The notes under the pieces: generated by a model
Told to the model about the DNA's origin: nothing
What the model saw: only the letters and a program-made list of their open reading frames with translations
Databases searched by the model: none
Translations under genes and position numbers: made by a program
Shown: positions 41,027 through 52,793 of the stretch, piece by piece
Layout of the letters: every line of letters starts with the position of its first letter
Position numbering within the stretch: the first letter of the stretch is position 1
Origin: Acidimicrobiia bacterium
Lineage (GTDB): Bacteria > Actinomycetota > Acidimicrobiia > Spongiisociales > Spongiisociaceae
Direction of reading: 5' to 3'
DNA length: 61,933 nt
Assembly (NCBI GenBank): GCA_041576165.1
Contig: JBFGLM010000028.1
Span: 1 to 61,933, forward strand

Positions 41027-41662
41027 TCACTCCACGTCCAGATCACCTACGCTCTTGCGGCCAGCGATCTGCAGCGCCGCTTCCGCCACGCCGTTCGCCC
41101 CGATCAGCACGGCCATCCAGCCCACCACCGTGCCCACGTTCGATTCTCCCACGACATCTTTCGCGCCGGGAAAGGTGAGCACGCCGATCACCAAGATGAC
41201 CGCCGCCACCGATGCCGCGGCGCGGATGGTCCCGTACCGGACGATGCCGAGTAGAAGACCGCCAAGGGCCGTGCCGCCCACCGCAATCCCGAACCGCGAC
41301 GCATCGTCGGCCAGCCCGAGATTGCCGCTTCCCACTGCAATCAGCGCCAGGCCGAACCCGCCGACCGTGGCGAAAGGTGTTACGTAGCGAAGTTGGTTCT
41401 TCAGCACGAACGCTCCGGCGAACACAACCCCGAACAGCACCAGCGCCGCCAGCCCGGCAAGCCATCGCCAGCCCGGCGACGCGCTCACGTCCCAGGCCCG
41501 CGGCCAGGCGATGATCGCCGACCAGAACGCAATGAGCACTGCGATTCCGGCCGCGGTTTCGGGGGTCAGCCAGTCGGCGACCCTCAGCACCGCTTTGTTG
41601 TCTTCATCGGCTGCCGCGCCCGGGTGCGTCCCGGGTCCGCCAGGCGGTTCGGACGCGCTCAA
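41027..41662 (-). CDS. Multi-pass membrane protein
   Basis: About 6 hydrophobic segments; AAGGAAGG RBS with TTG start. Confidence 0.7.
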   Translation of the reverse strand: MSASEPPGGPGTHPGAAADEDNKAVLRVADWLTPETAAGIAVLIAFWSAIIAWPRAWDVSASPGWRWLAGLAALVLFGVVFAGAFVLKNQLRYVTPFATVGGFGLALIAVGSGNLGLADDASRFGIAVGGTALGGLLLGIVRYGTIRAAASVAAVILVIGVLTFPGAKDVVGESNVGTVVGWMAVLIGANGVAEAALQIAGRKSVGDLDVE

Positions 41663-41817
41663 TGACGTTCCTTCCTTTCGTGCACCTGCGGACCGTCGCA
41701 CCCGACGTCCACAGGAACAATCCATCAACGATGATCAAACTACTGCGATCACGGGCGGGGAAAGGGTCATCGACCAGTGACATCGATCCCACGCGGCTTC
41801 CGGCCGGGGCGCCGAAA

Positions 41818-42345
41818 CTACTCCTCCGTTTGATCGGTCGTGATCGGCCGCTCGTGCCCCCGACCGGCTCGGGCTTCGGGCGTCTCGCCCCGGAGCACGG
41901 CCGCGGCGTGCTCCACCGCCCGGATGATGGGAACGTAGCCGGTGCAGCGACACAGGTTGCCCTCCAGCGCGTCCACGATGTCCTGGCGCGACGGATTGAG
42001 GTTGTCGTCCAGCAACGCGGTGGCGGCTACAACGAATCCGGGCGTACAGAATCCGCATTGGGTGCCGTGTTCAGCCACGAACGACGATTGGATAACCGAC
42101 AGACCTTCATCGGGAGTCAGGCCGTGAATCGTCTCGACTTCCTGCCCATCGACCTGGACCGCGAAGATGGTGCACGATTTGACTGCTTCGCCGTCGAGCA
42201 GAACGGTGCAGGCGCCGCAGGTCGACGTGTCGCAACCGATGTGGACCCCGGTCTTCCCGATGGCTCGCAGCCAGTCGGCGAGGAGCATGCGTGGGCTCTC
42301 GTCGGCTGGGTAGCGGCTGCCGTCAACAGTGATCTCGAACTTCAT
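41818..42345 (-). CDS. (2Fe-2S) small subunit of a Mo-hydroxylase (CoxS-like)
   Basis: GCDTSTCGAC, QCGFCTPG, GNLCRCTGY. Confidence 0.93.
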   Translation of the reverse strand: MKFEITVDGSRYPADESPRMLLADWLRAIGKTGVHIGCDTSTCGACTVLLDGEAVKSCTIFAVQVDGQEVETIHGLTPDEGLSVIQSSFVAEHGTQCGFCTPGFVVAATALLDDNLNPSRQDIVDALEGNLCRCTGYVPIIRAVEHAAAVLRGETPEARAGRGHERPITTDQTEE

Positions 42346-44561
42346 AGCCGTCCCCGCAGCACCGCCCACACCTTGTCCGGTGTGTAGGGCATCGGCAGGT
42401 GTTCATCGGTGATGCCGTAGGAGGCCAGCGCGTCGAACACCGCGTTAGCCAACGCCGGCGTGGCGCCGGTCGTCCCGGGCTCCCCCACTCCCTTCATTCC
42501 TTTGGGGTTGTAGGGCGATGGTGTCTCTGTTCGAATGGCCTCGATGTCGACCGATTCGGACATCGACGGGATGTGATACGTCGACCAGTTGCCGGTGAGC
42601 AATGTGCCGCTGTTGTCGAACCGGATCTGTTCGAACAGCGCGTGGGTCATTCCGTGGGACACACCTGCGATGATCTGACCCTCGGTGATCATCGGGTTGA
42701 TCACGCGTCCGCAGTCGTCAACCGCGGTATACGTCAGGATCTCTATCTGCCCGGTCTGTGGATGGATCTCGACGACGCACACATGCGTCCCGAACGGGAA
42801 GGTTGCGCCCTCCGGCTGGTAGTCGGCCTCCGCTTCTACTCGCCCGACGTCGCCGGCGAGGGCGCCCAGCGAGACAGAGACGTCGGTGCCGGCGACCCGG
42901 GCCCGGCCGTCCTGTAGCCGGATGTCGTCCGGCGCGGCTTCCAACCGCTCGGCCGCTAGCTGCCGCAGACGCTCGGCTACCTTTCCAGCCGCGATCCCGG
43001 CCGCACTGCCGCCGAGCGGTGCCGAACGACTTCCCGCCGTTCCCCAACCGCGCGGCACCAGTCCCGTATCGCTGTGGACGACGGTCACGTCCTCGAAGTC
43101 CACGCCCAGTTCGTCGGCCACGATCTGCGCGAACGTGGTCTCGTGGCCCTGACCGTGCGGCGAGGACCCGGTCTTGACGGTGACCCGGCCGTCGCCGCCC
43201 ATCTCCACCGAGCCGAACTCTCCCCCGCGTGCGGTGACTTCGACGTAACTCGCGATGCCGACGCCCAGGATCCGACGATCGTCGGGGTCGGCTTGCGTCC
43301 GCCGAAGCCCGGCGTAGTCGGCCCGCTCGAGTGCCACATCGAGCGCCGTTTCGTAGTCGCCAGAGTCATAGACGGCTCCGACCGGCGTCGTGTACGGGAA
43401 GGCGTCGGAGGCGATGAAGTTGCGCCGTCGCACATCAGCCGGATCGAGCCGCAGCTCCCGGGCGAGATGATCCATGATCCGCTCGACCGCATAGGCGGCT
43501 TCGGGACGACCGGCCCCGCGGAATGCTCCCACCGGCGCCGTGTTGGTCAGCACGCCGAGGATCTCGAGGTCGATACGCGGAATCTCGTAGCAGCCGGTCG
43601 CCATGAGCTGGGTGTTGGCGAGACACAATCGCTGGTTCATGGCGGCCGCACCCAGGTCACCGACAGTTCGGATCTGGAGTCCCACCAGCCGCCCGTCGGC
43701 CGTTGCACCCGCGCCGACGGTCGTCAGCTGGCCCCGCCCGTGCGACGTCATCACCAGGTTCTCCGACCGGGTTTCGATCCATTTGACCGGCCGGCCGGTT
43801 CGCAACGCGGCGGCTACCACCAGGGGATACTCCGGGTAGAAGTAGCCGCCTTTGGCTCCGAAACCGCCCCCGACGTCGGGGGCTATCACCCTGATGCCGG
43901 CCGGCTCCACCCCCAGGCTGGCAGCCCGATCGTCTCTGAGTCGGTGGGGCATCTGATGGGAGCAGTAGACGGTGAGTGTGTCCCCGGCAGGGATGGCCAG
44001 GATCGCCCGGGTCTCCAACATGCCGGGCGCCATGCGATGGTTGTTGATCTGGCGCTCGACGACTACGTCAGCACCGGCGAACACATCCCCATCGCATTCA
44101 GTCACGGTTCGAAAAACGACGTTGGTGCCCATCTCTTCGTACACCAATGGGGCGCCGCTGCGCATCGCGTCGGCTGGCTCGACGACCGCCGGCCATTCTT
44201 CGTAGTCGATGAAGAGGTCGTCGCGGGCGTCGTAGGCGGCATGACGGTCGGGATTCATCACGGCGGCGACCGGCTGGCCCTGATAGCGGACCCTGCCGGC
44301 CGCCAGCGGGCTGAGTCGAGGGAGCTCAGGTACCAGGTGGTCCCAAGAGATCCCCTCGAGATCACGGGCGGTCAGTATTTCGATCGACGGTCGTCCGCCC
44401 GGCCGGCTGGCATCGATGTCGACAATCATGCCGTTGGCGATCGGCGACCGGGCGAACGCGACATGCAGCACGTCGTCGACATCGATGTCGTCCACGAACC
44501 GGCCCCGGCCCGAGACGAGCGCAGCGTCCTCTACCCGCGGCCGCTTGGCTCCGAAGTGCAT
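42342..44561 (-). CDS. Xanthine dehydrogenase family molybdopterin subunit (CoxL form II-like)
   Basis: VGGGFGAK, AFRGAGRPE, HGQGHET, KGVGE. Confidence 0.92.
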   Translation of the reverse strand: MHFGAKRPRVEDAALVSGRGRFVDDIDVDDVLHVAFARSPIANGMIVDIDASRPGGRPSIEILTARDLEGISWDHLVPELPRLSPLAAGRVRYQGQPVAAVMNPDRHAAYDARDDLFIDYEEWPAVVEPADAMRSGAPLVYEEMGTNVVFRTVTECDGDVFAGADVVVERQINNHRMAPGMLETRAILAIPAGDTLTVYCSHQMPHRLRDDRAASLGVEPAGIRVIAPDVGGGFGAKGGYFYPEYPLVVAAALRTGRPVKWIETRSENLVMTSHGRGQLTTVGAGATADGRLVGLQIRTVGDLGAAAMNQRLCLANTQLMATGCYEIPRIDLEILGVLTNTAPVGAFRGAGRPEAAYAVERIMDHLARELRLDPADVRRRNFIASDAFPYTTPVGAVYDSGDYETALDVALERADYAGLRRTQADPDDRRILGVGIASYVEVTARGGEFGSVEMGGDGRVTVKTGSSPHGQGHETTFAQIVADELGVDFEDVTVVHSDTGLVPRGWGTAGSRSAPLGGSAAGIAAGKVAERLRQLAAERLEAAPDDIRLQDGRARVAGTDVSVSLGALAGDVGRVEAEADYQPEGATFPFGTHVCVVEIHPQTGQIEILTYTAVDDCGRVINPMITEGQIIAGVSHGMTHALFEQIRFDNSGTLLTGNWSTYHIPSMSESVDIEAIRTETPSPYNPKGMKGVGEPGTTGATPALANAVFDALASYGITDEHLPMPYTPDKVWAVLRGRL

Positions 44562-45000
44562 TTGGTCCCTCCCTCGACACCAGGCAGCGAGGACGCCATC
44601 GTAGGCGTGAGCGACATGCGATACCTGGGGTGCCTCATTGGCTCATGAGAACAGACAAGCCCAGCTGTCACCGTGCTGCTGGCCGACGGTTGATCGTCTC
44701 GCCGCGGTTGACGAGGATCCAGACAATCGCATCGCCACCGGCTCCTTCACATGTGCACCGACCACCACCGCCGACTGCCCGCGGTCTCTGACATCGAGGC
44801 AACGGACAATCGCTGATTCGACAAACAGCCCCGATGAAGGATTGAGGGTCGCAAGCATCCGACGGCTGGTGATGGGCACTGCCGCAGGCACATGCCCATA
44901 GTGCGCACCTCTACACTCCGAACACACGGCTGGGCGTCTCGGCATGGAGCCGGAACGCTGACGATCCCAGCTTTGCCTTCGCCGGAATGTGACGGGAACC

Positions 45001-46449
45001 GTGGCGGAACTCATTCCCAAGACCATGTACGCCCGCGATGGAGACGTACACGTCGCTTGGCAGGCGGTCGGCGAAGGCCCGGTGGATCTGCTGTTGACGC
45101 CTGGCTACATCTCCCATCTAGATCTCAACTGGACACTCCCGGCCTTCGCCGCCTTCGTCGAGTACCTCTCCAGGTTCAGCCGTGTGATTCTCTTTGACAA
45201 GCGCGGGACTGGTCTGTCCGATAGAACGCCGGATGCCATTCGGTTCGAGCGACGGATGCGGGATATCGAGCTGATTCTCGACGCCGCCGGCTCCGAGCGC
45301 GCCGTCCTGTTCGGAATGTCCGAAGGAGGACCGCTGGCTTCATTGTTCGCCGCCACCCATCCTGAGCGGGTCGAATCGCTCATTCTGTTCGGCACGTTTG
45401 CTCGGGGCTCGATAATCGACAGAGAGGTGATCCTCCGCTTTGAACGGGCGGTCGACAGGTGGGGTGAGGGGCACACCGCCGGCATCTTTCTGGTCGGCTC
45501 TGACGGACCGGTGGCCCGCCGCTTCATAGGTTTGTTTGAGCGAGCTGCAGCCAGCCCGGGCATTGCCCGCGCCCTGCTCGTGTCGATTGTGGCGTGCGAC
45601 GTATCCGGCGTCCTTCCCGAGCTTCACGTGCCGACCCTCGTGCTTCATCGCAGGGACGACCCTTTCGCCCGTGCCGCATGGAGCGACGAGTTGGAGCACC
45701 TGATCCCGAACGTGACCCGGTGCGAGTTGCCGGGTGCGGACCATCTGCCGTGGATGGGTGCGGCAGCCGAGCTCGTGCGGGCCCTCGAGGAGTGGATCAC
45801 CGGAAGCCCACCCCACGCTCCCACCCGGCGGCGCTTTGCCACTGTTCTATTCACCGACATAGTGGCGTCGACCGACCGATTGGCAAGAGAGGGCGACGAA
45901 GGGTGGGCTCGGATCATCCAGGCCCACAACAACGAATGCCGTGACGTGTTCGAACGTAACGAAGCCTGGTCCGTCAAGAGCACAGGTGACGGCTTCATGG
46001 CGTGCTTCGACACGCCTGAGGCTGCTGTCAGGTGCACGTTTGATCTACACCGTAACCTCGAGGGCATGGGCGTCGAGATCCGGGCGGGTCTCCATAGCGG
46101 AGAAGTGGAACGGGTGGACCTCGATGACGTAGCCGGTATGGCAGTGCATATCGCCGCAAGGGTGAGTGAACTCGCCGACGCCGGCCAGACATTGGCGACC
46201 CGCGTCCTGAGCGATCAGTTGGTGGGTAGTCGTGTAAACGCGCGCGAGGTCGGTACTCACCAGCTCAGAGGGGTGCCGGGAGCGATCGCGATCGTTGATT
46301 TACAGCGCTACGACGCGACCATCGATCTCACCGCCGGCGTCGTGGATCTGCTTGCTTCGCAGCGGCTCGCCGACACGCTCACCTTGCGTCTGGCCGCCCG
46401 CGCGCCGGGCCTCATGCGGCGGCTTGCCCGCCTCACGGGGGCCAATTGA
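45001..46449 (+). CDS. Alpha/beta-hydrolase plus class III adenylate/guanylate cyclase (LipJ-like)
   Basis: FDKRGTGLS, GMSEGG; LFTDIVAST, KSTGDG, RAGLHSGE, VHIAARV. Confidence 0.9.
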   Translation: MAELIPKTMYARDGDVHVAWQAVGEGPVDLLLTPGYISHLDLNWTLPAFAAFVEYLSRFSRVILFDKRGTGLSDRTPDAIRFERRMRDIELILDAAGSERAVLFGMSEGGPLASLFAATHPERVESLILFGTFARGSIIDREVILRFERAVDRWGEGHTAGIFLVGSDGPVARRFIGLFERAAASPGIARALLVSIVACDVSGVLPELHVPTLVLHRRDDPFARAAWSDELEHLIPNVTRCELPGADHLPWMGAAAELVRALEEWITGSPPHAPTRRRFATVLFTDIVASTDRLAREGDEGWARIIQAHNNECRDVFERNEAWSVKSTGDGFMACFDTPEAAVRCTFDLHRNLEGMGVEIRAGLHSGEVERVDLDDVAGMAVHIAARVSELADAGQTLATRVLSDQLVGSRVNAREVGTHQLRGVPGAIAIVDLQRYDATIDLTAGVVDLLASQRLADTLTLRLAARAPGLMRRLARLTGAN

Positions 46450-46680
46450 CCAACGACCATGGAGCGGTCGCAGAGTATCTACCGTGCTGATTGGCGAGAC
46501 TGCGACCGAAGATCGCCGATCTGGCCCCCCGAAGCCGGCTCCCAGCGACAGCGCCATCATCATCTGTGCTCGGGACAACCGCGGCAGTCTGGGATCGAGC
46601 CATGCACGGTCAGGCGAGGCGCATTCATGCGCAGTTCGGACGGGTGTTGCAACGATCTTGCGTGGGCGAGCCGAACGCGG

Positions 46681-47289
46681 TCAGGGTGAGCGGACAGCGT
46701 CCACTACCTGATCCTTGTAGACAAGGATCGCTGTGACCAGCTCGATCGCCGGCCGCCATGTGGTGTCCGCCAGCGTGAGTCCCTCGACCGTCGACCAATC
46801 GCTTCGCTTCATCGCCAGGTGGGCAAGGGAGCGAACCGTCGCCATCGGCCCACGCGACCCGTCCAGCCTTCCGGTGACTGCGAGGAGTTCATCATCCGGT
46901 CCCGTCAACCGAAACCTGTCGGTGTGGATCAGCAATATCGTTTTGACTGTGTCGGAGATCCGGCCATCCAGTGGGGAGAACCGATATTCGATCTGGCGAT
47001 CGTGGTCCGTGATGGTGGTCTTGCCACCTCCGAGATTGGAGAGGTTGAAGTCGGCGATCGGCCGGCCGGTCGAGCCAGTCGCCCGCCACCGGTTGGCCAG
47101 TTTCGACGTTGGTGAGATCGTGAACTCGCCTTCCTCGGTCTCGAACCTGGCGGGTTGGCGCAACATCCGGCCCCGGGTCGCACCCGACGCAACCAGCCGC
47201 TCTTCGTCGTGCACTTGGTACGCATAGTCGGAACCGAGCGAGCGGCGCTGGCCGAGGCGCCGCCTCAATTCGTAATACCTGGCTGGCAT
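46681..47289 (-). CDS. Hypothetical protein
   Basis: Clean 202-aa ORF; no recognised motif. Confidence 0.6.
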   Translation of the reverse strand: MPARYYELRRRLGQRRSLGSDYAYQVHDEERLVASGATRGRMLRQPARFETEEGEFTISPTSKLANRWRATGSTGRPIADFNLSNLGGGKTTITDHDRQIEYRFSPLDGRISDTVKTILLIHTDRFRLTGPDDELLAVTGRLDGSRGPMATVRSLAHLAMKRSDWSTVEGLTLADTTWRPAIELVTAILVYKDQVVDAVRSP

Positions 47290-47438
47290 GTGTGTCCGAT
47301 CCGCTGTATCGGTTCCGACGAACAGCATCGACGTGCGGGGCCCGCCGGTTTAGGGGTGAGGCGACGCAGGCCACAGGTCACGCCGGGCCTGAACCAGGTG
47401 CGTTGCTGCGTGTGCGCCGACCGCGGCGCAGGCGCGAT

Positions 47439-47747
47439 TCATCCGGCGCTCTTCACCTCTACCTCGATGACATGGGTCGGCCCGACCAGGATCTCCGCGG
47501 AATGCGTCTCTGCCTCAACCCAGACGGCTTCGCCCGGTCTGCGATCGATCACGGATTCATCGCCCGTCTCGCCGGTCGATTTGATCCGATATCCGTTGAG
47601 CGCGATCACCAGCCGTGCGGGATGTGAATGGGTGGGTAGATGCTGGCCGGCGAGATTCCTCACCTCGAGCACTCGAACGTGCTGGTTTTCGAACACCACG
47701 CGGTGTCCATCCGGATCCACTTCAGCCGAATCAGGAATCACGCTCAT
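47439..47747 (-). CDS. Cupin domain protein
   Basis: VFENQHVRVLE..HSHP..PGEAVW..THS; GGAGG RBS. Confidence 0.85.
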   Translation of the reverse strand: MSVIPDSAEVDPDGHRVVFENQHVRVLEVRNLAGQHLPTHSHPARLVIALNGYRIKSTGETGDESVIDRRPGEAVWVEAETHSAEILVGPTHVIEVEVKSAG

Positions 47748-47840
47748 GGTTCCTCCGTTCCTGTCGTCGGTGTCGCCATACCGACGAATGAACCGTGACC
47801 GCGCCCAACGCCGGATCGCTGCACTCGCCGCTGCGCCGGT

Positions 47841-49283
<1,443 letters not shown>

Positions 49284-49352
49284 TCAGAATCGCCCTTCCG
49301 ACCCTACTCGCCGTTTTCGCCGCCGCCTCCGGCGCAGACGGGTTTGCGAGCT

Positions 49353-50426
49353 TCAGTAGGAGCGGGGGTAGATGGTTCCGTCCATCAGCAGCCGGGCTGT
49401 GCGAATGATGCCGGCTCGGGTGATTCGCGGCGGGGGGTCCGACGCCATCGAGACGATCGCGTCGAAGGTGCCCGTCGGATGCTCCAGGCGAACGATCGGC
49501 GATTCCGGATCGAGAGCGGCAATTCGTTCGGCCACCGAACCCGCGATCTGGCAGGCCGCCGCCACCGAGATTGCGCCGAGCACGCCGATCGCGTCGTGGC
49601 AGCGATGCGGGATGAAGGTGCGGGTCGAGACCGCAGCTCCTCCTTTGGGCGGGGCAACGATGGTCAGCTTGGGCACGGTCGTGTCCGCAACGTCACCGAG
49701 GCCCATCAGCGGTCCGGCGACCAGGCGAATCGCCTCCAACCTGGCGCGGAGTTGGGTATTGGTGGTGAGCCGCTCGCACGACTCGTAGCCGGTAATTCCA
49801 ACATCGGCCGCCCGGATGACCACGACGGGCATGCCGCTGTCGACGAGCGTCACGGCCAGACCTCCGATTATCTCCACGGCCCGTCCCGTGGGCAGCACCG
49901 AACCGCCGTGCCGCGCAATGTCCTCGAACTCCAATGACACCGCGGCCGCGGTCCCGGGCACCCCGGAGATCTCGGTATCGCCCTCGTAGACCGGTCGTCC
50001 CCCTGCGACGGGGAAAGTGGCAACAGCCACGTTGTTGGTGTTTCGCATCAGTATCCGCAGCGACGGTGTTCCATCCTCGACGTCGATCAAACCCCGCTCG
50101 ACTGCGAACGGGCCCACGGCGGCCAGCATGTTTCCGCAGTTCTGGCGGTCGGTCACCGTTGCATCGTCCACCCCGACCTGCAGAAACAGGTATTCGACAT
50201 CGATGCCATCGCGAGCCGACGGCGCCACGATCGCGACTTTGGTGGTCAACGGGTGGGCGCCCCCCACGCCGTCGATTTGTCGCGGGTCGGGGCTCCCCAT
50301 GACCCGCAACAAAAGGTCGTTACGTGCCGCAGGCTCGGCCGGCAGATCGTCCTCGACGAAGAAGGCGCCTTTGGACGTGCCGCCCCGCATGAGCATGCAG
50401 CGCACACCCGAGGATGTCGTCGTCAT
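49353..50426 (-). CDS. galD: 4-oxalomesaconate tautomerase (GalD/LigU, PrpF family)
   Basis: MRGGTSKG, QIDGVGG, NCGNM, FIPHRCH, RTARLLMDG. Confidence 0.92.
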   Translation of the reverse strand: MTTTSSGVRCMLMRGGTSKGAFFVEDDLPAEPAARNDLLLRVMGSPDPRQIDGVGGAHPLTTKVAIVAPSARDGIDVEYLFLQVGVDDATVTDRQNCGNMLAAVGPFAVERGLIDVEDGTPSLRILMRNTNNVAVATFPVAGGRPVYEGDTEISGVPGTAAAVSLEFEDIARHGGSVLPTGRAVEIIGGLAVTLVDSGMPVVVIRAADVGITGYESCERLTTNTQLRARLEAIRLVAGPLMGLGDVADTTVPKLTIVAPPKGGAAVSTRTFIPHRCHDAIGVLGAISVAAACQIAGSVAERIAALDPESPIVRLEHPTGTFDAIVSMASDPPPRITRAGIIRTARLLMDGTIYPRSY

Positions 50427-50486
50427 CGGCTTCCTTCCGGTACCCGCCAGTGTAGGAGACGGGGCACTTCAGATAGTGTGCGGCCG

Positions 50487-51215
50487 ATGCCCGGAGAGTC
50501 GCTGCTCGTGATCAGTGCCCACGTGGGGGATTTCGTGTGGCGAGCCGGCGGCGCCATTGCGTTGTACGCCTCCCGCGGACACCCGGTGAACGTCGTCTGC
50601 ATCGCCTACGGCGAAAAAGGCGAGTCGGCCCGCTACTGGCGCCAGGGCCTCGAACTCGAGCAGGTCAAGGAGGCCCGTCACCGAGAGGCGGCGGCCGCGG
50701 CCGCGCTGCTCGGCGCCGAGCTGCATACTCTCGACGTCGGCGACTATCCGATCGTCGAAACCCCCGAACTACTTGATGGTCTGGTACGGCTGTACCGGAC
50801 CGTGATGCCGACGGTCGTGCTCACCCACTCCGAGAAGGATCCGTGGAATCGGGACCATGAGACCGCTCACTCCCTTGCCACCAAAGCCCGCATCATTGCC
50901 CAAGCCCCAGGTCACGACCCGGGAGGACAGGTCCTGGGGGCGCCCCCGGTGTTCCTGTTCGAACCCCACCAAACCGAATACTCGGGTTTCATGCCCGACG
51001 TCCTGCTCGACATCACCGAGGTCTGGGACCGAAAGCTGGAAGCGATGCACTGCATGGAAGGGCAGCAGCACCTGTGGGACTACTACACCGACGTGGCGAA
51101 GCGCCGGGGCGTGCAAGCTCGCCGCAATTCCGGGCCCAACCTGGGTCTGCCCACCGAAACGATGGGCGAGGCATATCAGCGGATGTACCCCCAAGTGGCG
51201 ACCGAGCTGGCGTAG
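50487..51215 (+). CDS. galB: 4-oxalomesaconate hydratase (PIG-L family)
   Basis: SAHVGDFVWRAGG, GEKGES, DPWNRDH, FEPHQ. Confidence 0.9.
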   Translation: MPGESLLVISAHVGDFVWRAGGAIALYASRGHPVNVVCIAYGEKGESARYWRQGLELEQVKEARHREAAAAAALLGAELHTLDVGDYPIVETPELLDGLVRLYRTVMPTVVLTHSEKDPWNRDHETAHSLATKARIIAQAPGHDPGGQVLGAPPVFLFEPHQTEYSGFMPDVLLDITEVWDRKLEAMHCMEGQQHLWDYYTDVAKRRGVQARRNSGPNLGLPTETMGEAYQRMYPQVATELA

Positions 51216-51251
51216 CGGATGAAAATGCGGTCACAGCCATGAGGAGGAGAC

Positions 51252-51950
51252 GTGGGGCGTGATCGGATTGTCGTGCGCACGATTGATCGGGCTGCTCCCG
51301 CCAGCATCGCCGGCCTGGCACAGGCGGGCGTGGCGACCGTGCACGAAGCGTACGGGCGCCGCGGGTTGCTCGACCCCGGGATCCGCCCGATTCAGTCCGA
51401 GGCGGCAGTGGCCGGTTCGGCGGTGACGGTCCGATGTGTCGCCGGCGACAACATGATGATCCATGCTGCGGTAGAGGTGGTGGAGCCCGGCGACGTGCTG
51501 GTGATCGTCACCGACCGGCCGAGCACCCATGGGATGGTGGGTGACTTGCTGGCCACATCGCTCATGACCAGAGGCTGTAGCGGGGTGGTGATCGACGCCG
51601 GCGTCCGGGACGTCTCGGCGCTGCGAAGCATGGGCTTCCCGGTCTGGGCTCGGGTGATCCACGCTGAGGGAACCGTGAAGGAAACGCCGGGCGCCGTCAA
51701 CGTGCCTATCGAGCTGGGCGGCGTGCCCATCCACCCGGGCGACGTGGTCGTAGCCGATGACGACGGGGTCGCAATCGTGGCGCGGGCCGATGCAGAGGCG
51801 GTGCTGGCGGCGGCACAAGCCCGGATCGAGAAGGAAGCGACGACCCGGCGCCGCTTGGAGCAGGGGGAATTGGGGGTCGACTTCTACGACCTGCGCATCA
51901 AGCTCGAAGACCTGGGCGTTCGATGGGTCGACCGCCTCGACGAGAACTGA
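51252..51950 (+). CDS. ligK: 4-carboxy-4-hydroxy-2-oxoadipate (HMG/CHA) aldolase
   Basis: GVATVHEA, GDNMMIH, GDLLAT, DAGVRD, ADDDGV. Confidence 0.93.
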   Translation: MGRDRIVVRTIDRAAPASIAGLAQAGVATVHEAYGRRGLLDPGIRPIQSEAAVAGSAVTVRCVAGDNMMIHAAVEVVEPGDVLVIVTDRPSTHGMVGDLLATSLMTRGCSGVVIDAGVRDVSALRSMGFPVWARVIHAEGTVKETPGAVNVPIELGGVPIHPGDVVVADDDGVAIVARADAEAVLAAAQARIEKEATTRRRLEQGELGVDFYDLRIKLEDLGVRWVDRLDEN

Positions 51951-51951
51951 A

Positions 51952-52740
51952 ATGCGCATCGCGGTTTTCGGATTGGGCGAGGCAGGATCGCTGATCGCCG
52001 CCGACCTGGCTGGGGCCGGCGCCGACGTACGGGGGTTCGATCCCGCCGAAGTGCCGACGCCCCCCGGAGTCGATCGTCACTTGGAACCACAGACCGCCGT
52101 GGTCGACGCCGATCTGGTGGTGTCTATCACCGGGGCCGCCGACGCGCCTGCGGCGCTGACCCAGGCGCTGGAAGCCATCCCGGCCGATACCATCTACGCG
52201 GATCTGGCCACCGCCGCTCCGGCACTGGAAGAAGACCTGGCCGAGCAAGCGGCGGCCCACCGTCTGCAGTTCGCCGATGTGGCGTTGATGTCTCCCGTGC
52301 CGGGCCGCGGCCTGCGAACGCCGGCGCTGGCGTCCGGGCCGGGGGCCGCGTCCTATGCCGCCACGGTCGGCGGCTTGGGCGGCAGCGTCACGGTGGTGGG
52401 TGAAGTAGCGGGAATCGCGTCGGCGAGAAAGCTGATGCGCAGCATCTTCATCAAAGGCCTCACCTCGGTGATGATCGAGAGCCTGGAGGTGGGTGCGGCC
52501 CGCGGCGACCTGGACTGGCTGCGGAATCACCTGTTCGACGAGATGAATACAATCGATCGCGACTACGTGATCCGGCTGCTGGTCGGCACCGCACCCCACG
52601 CTCGACGACGCCTCGAAGAGATGCAGGCGGCCGCCGATCTCATCTCCGACGCAGGACACGAACCCGTCATGACCCGCGGCACGATCGAACGACTGCGCCG
52701 AGTACTCGAGCACGGCCTGCCGGAGAACCTGCTGCCTTGA
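51952..52740 (+). CDS. NAD(P)-dependent oxidoreductase (3-hydroxyisobutyrate dehydrogenase-like, DUF1932)
   Basis: GLGEAG, KLMRSIFIKG, HARRRLEEM. Confidence 0.85.
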   Translation: MRIAVFGLGEAGSLIAADLAGAGADVRGFDPAEVPTPPGVDRHLEPQTAVVDADLVVSITGAADAPAALTQALEAIPADTIYADLATAAPALEEDLAEQAAAHRLQFADVALMSPVPGRGLRTPALASGPGAASYAATVGGLGGSVTVVGEVAGIASARKLMRSIFIKGLTSVMIESLEVGAARGDLDWLRNHLFDEMNTIDRDYVIRLLVGTAPHARRRLEEMQAAADLISDAGHEPVMTRGTIERLRRVLEHGLPENLLP

Positions 52741-52793
52741 CGCATCGAGCTGTCGCTTGGTCCAATACGATTGGTCCTCACGATAGGAGTGAC

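Noticed and set aside
42342-44561. Aerobic CO dehydrogenase
   Set aside because: Lacks the form I AYXCSFR motif, coxM and accessory cox genes
39684-44648. Long antisense ORFs (e.g. 39684-40961, 43074-44648; also 6931-8244, 17737-19107)
   Set aside because: Shadows of high-GC coding strands with no motifs
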